A program made the position numbers and the translations under genes. From positions 1 to 15,868 of the forward strand of contig CAZAPD010000106.1 in NCBI GenBank assembly GCA_964487115.1: DNA of 15,868 nt, in the 5' to 3' direction. Under the pieces are notes generated by a model. That model saw only the letters and a program-made list of their open reading frames with translations, was not told where the DNA came from and ran no database searches. The DNA comes from an uncultured Thermococci archaeon. Its GTDB lineage: Archaea; Methanobacteriota_B; Thermococci; Thermococcales; Thermococcaceae. Shown one piece after another: positions 9,440-15,868 of the stretch (positions are counted from its first letter, which is position 1; the number at the start of each line of letters is the position of its first letter).

Positions 9440-9477
9440 TGCTACACCTCCTGTCAATGGAGGATTTGGTAGAGAAC

Positions 9478-10110
9478 TTAAAAATGTTTTGGGATTCGTC
9501 TTCCGAGATAGTGTGTGAGTATTAGAAAGACGGCAATAAACGTGCCAATTGCGGCTATAAGGGGCAAATATCCGTGTATTCCAAGTCCTGCACTCTTATT
9601 AACGGCAGCGGTGGTGCTCGTATTTGTTGTGGCCTTTAGGACAAACATTCTCGATGTATTTGTAGATGTCTCAACAACTTTAGTGTGATTGACAGCTGTA
9701 ACAGCAGGTTTCACGATGTCTTTCATGGCTTCGTACACGCCGAGAGATATCAGACCAGCTATGGTCAAACTTATGACTTGAACTTTTTCAAATGTTCTAA
9801 GAAACTTCTTTTTGGCCTGAGGTTTTCCTGGCAGGAGGAGAATTGGCTTTGGAGAAGCTCTGTAGAGCTTAACTTCTTGCAGTCTTTTTCCATATTTCTT
9901 TCCGGCAATCTCTACAAGACCAACCTTTGTCATCTTATCAATATGATATGATACAGTTGAAATTGGCATACCGAGCCTTGAGGCAATTTCACTGATTGAA
10001 AGCTCTTCATCCTGTAGAAGTTGAAGAATAGCAAGAGCTTTTTCGTTTAGCAGGATTTGAGCAAGCTCTTTAGCCTTCTCTTCGCTGGCATGAATTGTTT
10101 CAAATTTCAA
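9478..10110 (-). CDS. ArsR-like winged-helix regulator with two C-terminal transmembrane helices
   Basis: The N-terminal HTH reads LSISEIASRLGMPISTVSYHIDKMTKVGLV. Hydrophobic segments VISLTIAGLISLGVY and YLPLIAAIGTFIAVFLIL flank a Thr/Asn-rich loop. The start is TTG with an AGGTGGGAG RBS. Confidence 0.8.
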   Translation of the reverse strand: MKFETIHASEEKAKELAQILLNEKALAILQLLQDEELSISEIASRLGMPISTVSYHIDKMTKVGLVEIAGKKYGKRLQEVKLYRASPKPILLLPGKPQAKKKFLRTFEKVQVISLTIAGLISLGVYEAMKDIVKPAVTAVNHTKVVETSTNTSRMFVLKATTNTSTTAAVNKSAGLGIHGYLPLIAAIGTFIAVFLILTHYLGRRIPKHF

Positions 10111-10212
10111 GAACTCCCACCTAATAAAGCTTTAAGAAGAAGGATATTAAGTTTTCTATCACTTCAGAACAGGTTGCAGTGTAAAGTTATGAAAAGGAAA
10201 GAAAAGCTAAAC

Positions 10213-10488
10213 TCATGGCTTCTCCATGATGATCTCAATTGTTGAGGTGTTTGCAGTCCTGCCATCGGCAGTTGGAAGCTCCTCGGTACCAATCTTAATC
10301 TCCTTAACTCTGACCTCTGGGAGGAACCTGTTTCTGACGATCTCAGCGACATCAACAGCTCTGCTAATGGCCCTTCCTCTGGCCTTGACGCTAACTTCCT
10401 TAGCGCCCTCGTTGAACTGGGTTATAACGGCGAGGACATAGTTCATAACAGGCTTCTTTCCTATGTAGACAACATGTTCTTCTGCCAT
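10213..10488 (-). CDS. albA: DNA/RNA-binding chromatin protein Alba
   Basis: [56 protein letters not shown] is the Alba signature. The RBS GGAGGTG precedes ATG 10488. Confidence 0.97.
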   Translation of the reverse strand: MAEEHVVYIGKKPVMNYVLAVITQFNEGAKEVSVKARGRAISRAVDVAEIVRNRFLPEVRVKEIKIGTEELPTADGRTANTSTIEIIMEKP

Positions 10489-10534
10489 CTTTGGCACCTC
10501 CGAAATTTTGTCGTAACATTCTCAGGGAATTAGG

Positions 10535-10638
10535 TTAAATACTTTTCGGTGTTTTCTCGGCTTTATGTGGCGTTAGTAGAGTGATTAAATCTTCATCCAT
10601 GCTCCTGCAAGTTTGTGTCAAAGCGAAAGGTTTTAAGG
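10535..10638. promoter_or_regulatory. Divergent BRE-TATA promoters for albA (-) and purB (+)
   Basis: The minus strand has CGAAAAG-TATTTAA (10548-10535) and the plus strand has CGAAAGG-TTTTAAGG (10624-10638). Confidence 0.6.
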
Positions 10639-10668
10639 TTTAAGAATTGCCATAGACTTGGTGATTAC

Positions 10669-12024
10669 ATGGCCGTTCATCCGATCGATTACCGCTACGG
10701 GAGCGAGAAGATGAGGCGCATCTGGGACGAGAAGAACAAGCTGCAAAAACTTCTGGACGTTGAGGCGGCTTTAGCAAGAGCCCATGCCAAGGTAGGAAAT
10801 ATACCCGAAGAAAGCGCCCGCATTATCTCCGAAAAGGCCAATACGAAATGCGTGAAACTTGAACGGGTTAAAGAGATAGAAACTGAGATACACCACGACA
10901 TAATGGCCGTCGTCAGGGCTCTGAGTGAGGTCTGCGGCGAGCATGGTAAGTACGTCCACCTCGGGGCGACCTCGAACGACATAATAGACACCGCCAATGC
11001 CCTCCTCATAAAAGAGAGTCTTGAAATAGTGGAAAACGACCTTAATGAGATACGCTCGATTCTCAAAAACCTTGCCCACGAGCATAAATACACCGTTTGC
11101 ATAGGAAGAACCCATGGTCAGCACGCGGTTCCGACAACATACGGCATGAAGTTTGCGATATGGCTCGACGAAATACAGAGGCATCTGGACAGGATAGAAG
11201 AGCTGAGGCAGAGGGTTTTAGTCGGGCAGATGAGCGGTGCCGTTGGGACGATGGCAAGCTTTGGAGAGAAAGGCATTGAAATACAGCGCCTCGTTATGGA
11301 AGAGCTTAGCCTAAAGCCGGCCAGAATAAGCAACCAGATAATCCAGCGTGACGTCTATGCAGAACTTATGATGGTTCTGGCTCTCATTGCCTCGACACTC
11401 GACAAGATAGCCCTCGAAATCAGAAACCTTCAGAGGACGGAGATACTTGAGATCAGCGAGCCCTTTGGGAAAAAGCAGGTTGGTTCTTCAACCATGCCCC
11501 ACAAAAGGAACCCAATAAGGAGTGAGAAGGTAAGCGGACTCGCAAGGGTTCTCTACTCAAATGTTATTCCAGCTTTGCTAAACAATCCCCTCTGGCATGA
11601 GAGAGACCTCACTAACTCCTCCGTTGAACGTGTTATCCTTCCAGAGAGCTTTGTCCTGCTCGACGAGATGTTGAAGAGTATGAAAAAAATCCTTGCGGGC
11701 CTTGAGTTCTTCCCGGGAAACATCGAGCGCAATCTCTATCTTACAAAGAACCTTATCATGGCCGAGCCGCTGATGTTGAAGCTGACGGAAAGGGGCATGG
11801 GGAGGCAGGAAGCGCATGAACTCGTCAGACAGCTCGCCATGAAGGCGTTTGAAGAAAATAGAGATCTAATAGAGATGGCCATGGAAAACAGAGATGTGAG
11901 GAGGTTCTTAACTGAAGACGATTTTGAAAGCCTGAAGCCGGAGAACTATATAGGTATGGCACCTCTGATAGTTGACAACGTAATCGCATGGATAGAGGAG
12001 AGAGAGCGAGAAAAAAGATTTTAA
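10669..12024 (+). CDS. purB: Adenylosuccinate lyase
   Basis: Motifs MAVHPIDYRYGS, HLGATSNDI, GRTHGQHA, the fumarate-lyase signature GSSTMPHKRNP and LWHERDLTNSS are present. The RBS GGTGAT precedes ATG 10669. Confidence 0.97.
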   Translation: MAVHPIDYRYGSEKMRRIWDEKNKLQKLLDVEAALARAHAKVGNIPEESARIISEKANTKCVKLERVKEIETEIHHDIMAVVRALSEVCGEHGKYVHLGATSNDIIDTANALLIKESLEIVENDLNEIRSILKNLAHEHKYTVCIGRTHGQHAVPTTYGMKFAIWLDEIQRHLDRIEELRQRVLVGQMSGAVGTMASFGEKGIEIQRLVMEELSLKPARISNQIIQRDVYAELMMVLALIASTLDKIALEIRNLQRTEILEISEPFGKKQVGSSTMPHKRNPIRSEKVSGLARVLYSNVIPALLNNPLWHERDLTNSSVERVILPESFVLLDEMLKSMKKILAGLEFFPGNIERNLYLTKNLIMAEPLMLKLTERGMGRQEAHELVRQLAMKAFEENRDLIEMAMENRDVRRFLTEDDFESLKPENYIGMAPLIVDNVIAWIEEREREKRF

Positions 12025-12028
12025 GCCC

Positions 12029-12105
12029 TTTTTTTGTTATTTTAGGGCGTATGCTTCTTTTTTGAGATCCTGCTCTGAGGGTGCATGATAACCCTCAAAT
12101 TTTTT
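12029..12105 (+). terminator. Putative purB terminator (oligo-T tracts plus hairpin)
   Basis: A T7 run (12029-12035) lies just after the stop. A 7-bp stem TGAGGGT/ACCCTCA (12076-12097) is followed by a T6 run. Confidence 0.5.
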
Positions 12106-12120
12106 GGTGTGTTTTTACTT

Positions 12121-12270
12121 TTTGATTTAGTTATAATTTTTAGATTTAATTTATAATATTTTTATTTATTGTTTGTCTATTTTTAATTTAATTATAAAAT
12201 CGTTTTAAAATTAATATTTAAATTATTAAATTTTAGTTATTTCTAACTATAATTAAACGTAAAAATTTAA
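12121..12270. other. Left extreme AT-rich block flanking dif
   Basis: Manual count gives 13 G/C in 150 nt (about 91% AT), with no ORF. Confidence 0.85.
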
Positions 12271-12543
12271 TCAGGTATTAGTAGTTCCCGCAACAACTTA
12301 AGAGTATGTTGGGGGAGCATATTCATAGTACTCTGGCGTTTATCATCTCGATGTGAGACTTCCCAGGGTGCATCATGTCAAGGTTCATAGATTCCTAATA
12401 GTTATCATCTAAGCCGGCTTTCATGGTACAAAATTTGATTACAATTAAAGGTAGTACAAATTCTATGATGGAAGTATATCGCTCGGAGTGCACGGAATTC
12501 CACATAGGCATATCGCTCCTTGTATGTACAAGGTTGTTCTTCG

Positions 12544-12575
12544 ATTTTGGATATAATACACCTTATATCCAAAAT
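12544..12575. other. dif: dif site (XerA chromosome-dimer resolution site)
   Basis: ATTTTGGATATAA-TACACC-TTATATCCAAAAT has perfect 13-bp arms and a 6-bp asymmetric spacer. The 28-bp core (12546-12573) has the 11-6-11 tyrosine-recombinase layout and the GATATAA-N6-TTATAT pattern I recall for Thermococcales dif sites. Confidence 0.88.
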
Positions 12576-12810
12576 TGGTGTACATCAACATACATTATTC
12601 AAAGACGAAAAAAGTTGTATCCTTTAGAATTTAACGCTTCTTATAATAGTTTAATACTCTATTAGGAAAGATTACATAGGGACAACAAACCAATACTCAC
12701 AGATATGCTTTTTAAGTAGATTTCTCATCTTAGTAGCTTTGTGATGTTTATGCTCCATCGAATGTATTCATCTTAGCTGTTGTTCCTTTTCTATATGGTA
12801 ATTTCTTCAA

Positions 12811-12970
12811 ATTTTTTACAATTATAAATTTTTAGAATATATTTTTATTTAGAGTAATAATTTAAATTGATTTTTGTACATTTAATAATTTTAGTTTTAT
12901 AAGTATAAATAATTAAATATATAAAAATTTAAATATTTATTTTTAATAAAAGTCAAAATTAATCAAAAAT
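12811..12970. other. Right extreme AT-rich block flanking dif
   Basis: Manual count gives 12 G/C in 160 nt (about 92% AT), with no ORF. Confidence 0.85.
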
Positions 12971-13080
12971 TTTGAGAGATGAAAATGGATAAATTAGGAT
13001 AGCCTAAAACCAAAAACAAGTGGATAAGTGACATATTAATGGATAAGCGATGGAAATTGATTTTTTGGAAAAATAACTTG

Positions 13081-13425
13081 TTACAATACTTCTTCACTGG
13101 AAACCTTTGGAACTTCATTCCCCTGGGCCAAAATTATAAGCTCTCTTCCTTCAACCAGCATTTGGGCAACTTTTCTTCTTGCTGAATTTAATGCTCTCCA
13201 TACAGTCCCTCGTGAAATTCCCATCCTCTTACCAGCTTCTTCTTGGGTTAATCCTTCAAAATCAACGAGTCTTAAAGCCTCAAACTCTTCGTAGGTCATA
13301 AATATTGGAGGTTTAGGCTGTCCCAGTGGCGGTAGGGCAGGATAAAAATGCCTGACCTGCGGTATGAATCCTATCATACGCATCTTTCTTCTCCTTCCTC
13401 TTCCTCTACCCATTCCCCATGGCAT
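13081..13425 (-). CDS. DUF134 (UPF0251) family HTH DNA-binding protein
   Basis: EEFEALRLVDFEGLTQEEAGKRMGISRGTVWRALNSARRKVAQMLVEG matches the family, with a basic GRGRGRRRK N-terminus. The start was trimmed to ATG 13425. Confidence 0.88.
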   Translation of the reverse strand: MPWGMGRGRGRRRKMRMIGFIPQVRHFYPALPPLGQPKPPIFMTYEEFEALRLVDFEGLTQEEAGKRMGISRGTVWRALNSARRKVAQMLVEGRELIILAQGNEVPKVSSEEVL

Positions 13426-13495
13426 TTTAATCCCGTTAAAGGTTGGAAAGAAGGGTTTATAGGAGTTTCCCCATATATTGTTACGGGGAAAATTT

Positions 13496-13609
13496 ATGAA
13501 GAGTATTGAGTTTATATGTCCATTTTGTGGATATCGAGCAAAAAGCATGGAAGAACTTAAAAAGCATATCATGAAAAAACATACTCTTAAGATCTTGGAA
13601 AAATCTTAA
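13496..13609 (+). CDS. 37-aa single C2H2 zinc-finger protein (absent from the ORF track)
   Basis: MKSIEFICPFCGYRAKSMEELKKHIMKKHTLKILEKS* fits F-x-C-x2-C-x9-L-x2-H-x4-H. It has a GGGGA RBS-like sequence at 13485-13489 and a TTTATA box at 13456 preceded by a purine-rich BRE. Confidence 0.8.
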   Translation: MKSIEFICPFCGYRAKSMEELKKHIMKKHTLKILEKS

Positions 13610-13648
13610 TAAGACTTCCTAAACTATAGCTGCTTATGGTGAAAAAAG

Positions 13649-14107
13649 GTGAGATTTAAAATCGTAGAGCGGAAGATAGGCTGGCACAAGGACTTTGACA
13701 GCTCGCACTTCCTCGCCCTACCGTACGAGAGCAAGTGCCTCAGAGTACACGGGCACACGTATAATGTCGACGTCGAGATATGGGGTGAGCTCAACGAGAA
13801 TGGCATGATATTTGATTTCAATCACTTAAGCAGTTTAATTAAACTCTTAGATCATCGTATTATTCTGAGTGAGAACTGGGTGGTTGAGATGAGAGGCGAC
13901 CTTGTTACTATCGAAAAAAACAGGAAACATCTGGAATTATCGAAGGATGAAGTTGTAATCCTCAATAAGCCCAATGTCACAGCTGAATACATAGCAGAGT
14001 GGTTTGCTGAAAAAGTTGCTGAAAAAGCAGGGAATAACGTCAAACGTATCAGAGTAAAAATATGGGAAGACCCCCGGAGCTACGCGGAGGTAACCCTGGA
14101 GCGGTGA
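13649..14107 (+). CDS. queD: 6-carboxy-5,6,7,8-tetrahydropterin synthase (PTPS/QueD family)
   Basis: Motifs FDSSH...CLRVHGHTY, GMIFDF, LDHR, NVTAEYIA and IWE are present. The start is GTG with a GGTGA RBS. Confidence 0.88.
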   Translation: MRFKIVERKIGWHKDFDSSHFLALPYESKCLRVHGHTYNVDVEIWGELNENGMIFDFNHLSSLIKLLDHRIILSENWVVEMRGDLVTIEKNRKHLELSKDEVVILNKPNVTAEYIAEWFAEKVAEKAGNNVKRIRVKIWEDPRSYAEVTLER

Positions 14108-14236
14108 CTTTTCGACGATAACTGTGGAATGCCTGTTGACTTTAAGGGCGTCGAGTTCGGTCACCACGATAGGATCTACCTATACGACGCGATGTAAGCC
14201 TACTTCAAGAAGCAGATTGAGGAGGGAAAGGCTTAG
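14106..14236 (+). pseudogene. Relic of a chromate-resistance ChrB-like gene (5'-truncated, internally deleted, nonsense mutation)
   Basis: It reads DFSTIT/GMPVDFKGVEFGHHD joined to RIYLYDAM*AYFKKQIEEGKA*. The ChrB-like P-x-D-x2-GVEFGH motif is fused directly to the C-terminal YDA-x-(Y)-AY motif, with TAA at 14195-14197. Confidence 0.55.
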
Positions 14237-14781
14237 TAGCCCTTCTCCCTTTTTCGGAAAGCGTTCCGTTGATTCCGCATTTTCTGTAAACCTCCTCAAG
14301 CATTTCTTTGGCCTTCTCCTTGAGTTCGCTGAAATACCTCCCTCCGAAAGTTTCCTCCGCTTCGATCGTTAGCAGGTAGGCGGTTTTCATGTATGTTGCG
14401 CTCAATTCGCAGTCGGACCTTTCCGCAATCTTGCCTGCTGTCCACGAGGTACCCCACGAACGAGTGAAGGAGCCTTCTGTAGTCGTTCTCGAAGTTGTTT
14501 TCATTGAGCCAGCCCTTTAGGGTCAGGAAAATCTTGAACGCGGGTACCTCTACGCTTTCGTCCCCATAGCGACGGTATCTGATGAGAGGGTACTGGAATA
14601 TTGAGATGAGGAACCTTCCAACGTCTGCCTTCGTCCCGCCGTTTTCCTCAACGAACTCCTCAAACTCCCTCAGACTGGTTTTTCCACTATCGAGGAAGGC
14701 CATCAGCAGGGCCCCGTAGGGAGTTGAGTACTGAGAGAAGTCAACCTCTTCGAATTCCGGAATCTCGGGAAAAATACGCAT
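14233..14781 (-). pseudogene. Frameshifted hypothetical protein (about 183 aa if restored)
   Basis: ATG 14781 (GAGG RBS) reads MRIFPEIPEF...HSFVGYLVD. The frame shifts at about 14439 into AGKIAERSDCEL...YRKCGINGTLSEK. A probable second 1-nt loss in the A5 run (14250-14254) would give ...EKREKGY* ending at TAA 14233. Confidence 0.65.
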
Positions 14782-14857
14782 TATTGCCTCTTTAATTGTC
14801 CAATCACCCAAAACTGTTAAATTGTGATTATGCTTATTAGCTTTGAGGTGAAGCGTC

Positions 14858-15280
14858 GTGAGATTTTCTAAGGGAAGAAATTTTTTGTTTAGAATTCCTG
14901 AAGGAGAGGAGTTTCTAAACTTTATTAACAAATTTGCAAAGAAAAACAATGTTCTCATTGGGACAATTAGTGCCATTGGAACTCTTAGAAATCCCAAAAT
15001 CGGTTACTTTGATGAAGAAGCCGGCAAATACAGGGTTATCGAGCTGACTGGGACATACGAACTGGTTTCTCTCTTAGGGAATATAAGCGTCAAAGATGGT
15101 AAACCTTTTGCTCACATTCATGTAGCACTTGGTGATTCAGATGGCATGCTTTATGGAGGGCATCTTATTGAAGGGGAAGTATTTGTAGCCGAAGTTTTTA
15201 TCCAAGAACTTCTGGGAGAGATTCTTGGGAGGAAACCACAGGAGAATGGATTAGCACTTTGGAATGCAATCAGCATCTGA
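14858..15280 (+). CDS. PPC-domain (DUF296/AF0104-like) protein
   Basis: Motifs AIGTL, YELVSLLGNIS, FAHIHVALGD and YGGHL are present. The RBS GAGGTGA precedes GTG 14858. Confidence 0.9.
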   Translation: MRFSKGRNFLFRIPEGEEFLNFINKFAKKNNVLIGTISAIGTLRNPKIGYFDEEAGKYRVIELTGTYELVSLLGNISVKDGKPFAHIHVALGDSDGMLYGGHLIEGEVFVAEVFIQELLGEILGRKPQENGLALWNAISI

Positions 15281-15303
15281 AATGTTTTTCCTAATGTTTT
15301 GAG

Positions 15304-15864
15304 TTATTTAAAGAACATGTTCCATAGCAGTGTGTAGTGCCAGATTGCTATTGTTAAAATTCCTATAAATTCGGCAATTGCAACACCTCTGAAAGTGTTA
15401 AACGCCCATTTCGTAAGAACAGCTTCAATGGTAAAAACAATGACTGTGAAGATTCCAAACTTTTTATCCCCCTCAAATCCTATTCCAACACCAGCTATTA
15501 AAAATCCAATGCTCCCCGCCAGGAAGAAGCCCCAGCTGACCTCATAGTGCGGCCCGGTCCCCTCCGGAAAGATGGCTATCCCCGCGAGGAAGAAGAGGCC
15601 GAGTATGAACACCAAAACGCCCAGCTTTGAAACCGGGTTTTTCATTTCCTTAAGGAGACCGAGCGCGTAGTAAATCGCGAGGATTGCGGATATTAAGAGC
15701 GGGACGTTCATCACCCAGCTGTGGGGCAGGCCGACCTTTCCCAGGTCGCTTATTGCGTTGTCCGTGAGACTCCACCAGGAGCGGTTTATGATGATGGCCA
15801 CTGCTATCCCCGATAGGGCTATGATGGGTGAAGCGATGCCTGCCCAGAGCTGGTTCTTTCTCAT
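15304..15864 (-). CDS. DUF998-like integral membrane protein
   Basis: It has about 6 hydrophobic helices, a WWSLTDNAISDLG motif and IFPE...H. Confidence 0.75.
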   Translation of the reverse strand: MRKNQLWAGIASPIIALSGIAVAIIINRSWWSLTDNAISDLGKVGLPHSWVMNVPLLISAILAIYYALGLLKEMKNPVSKLGVLVFILGLFFLAGIAIFPEGTGPHYEVSWGFFLAGSIGFLIAGVGIGFEGDKKFGIFTVIVFTIEAVLTKWAFNTFRGVAIAEFIGILTIAIWHYTLLWNMFFK

Positions 15865-15868
15865 GGCT

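Noticed and set aside
500..11817. Numerous 60-180 aa antisense or nested ORFs in the track
   Set aside because: They are shadows of well-supported genes, with no motifs or translation signals of their own.
12423..12665. 80-aa ORF spanning dif
   Set aside because: It has no RBS, no recognisable motif and atypical composition. It is probably a chance ORF across a cis-acting site.
12280..12800. CRISPR array with an AT-rich leader
   Set aside because: There are no regularly spaced repeats of about 30 bp, only 7-12 bp motifs, and no cas genes.
12025..13080. Replication origin (AT-rich unwinding element with DnaA-box-like TTATCCAC at 13020-13027)
   Set aside because: The host is archaeal, there is no cdc6/orc1 nearby, and I see no ORB repeats in the gap. 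The central palindrome fits dif instead.
13426..13572. N-terminal extension of the DUF134 ORF
   Set aside because: It overlaps the divergent promoter and the zinc-finger gene on the other strand. The family-like sequence begins at 13425.
14782..14997. N-terminal extension of the 233-aa minus ORF
   Set aside because: It is antisense to the PPC-domain gene and its promoter. The RBS supports ATG 14781.

Overview
Archaeal chromosome window, most likely Thermococcales, judged from gene content, GGTGA/GGAGG ribosome-binding sites and BRE-TATA promoters. Most of it is housekeeping: the 3' end of an M20 hydrolase, an Lhr helicase, an MFS transporter, an Fe-containing alcohol dehydrogenase, mtnA, a THEP1 NTPase, a CBS protein, a membrane-anchored HTH regulator, albA, purB, a DUF134 protein, queD, a PPC/DUF296 protein and a DUF998-like membrane protein. 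The main non-coding feature is a 1056-bp gap between two convergent genes (12025-13080). Near its centre is a perfect palindrome matching the Thermococcales Xer/dif site (TTTGGATATAA-6 bp-TTATATCCAAA). It is flanked on both sides by about 91-92% AT blocks, an imperfect outer inverted repeat and short repeated motifs. The ORF track misses a 37-aa C2H2 zinc-finger gene (13496-13609), a decayed chromate-resistance (ChrB-like) relic, two frameshifted genes and a possible EamA relic. All family calls come from motif recognition only, since no database searches were run.
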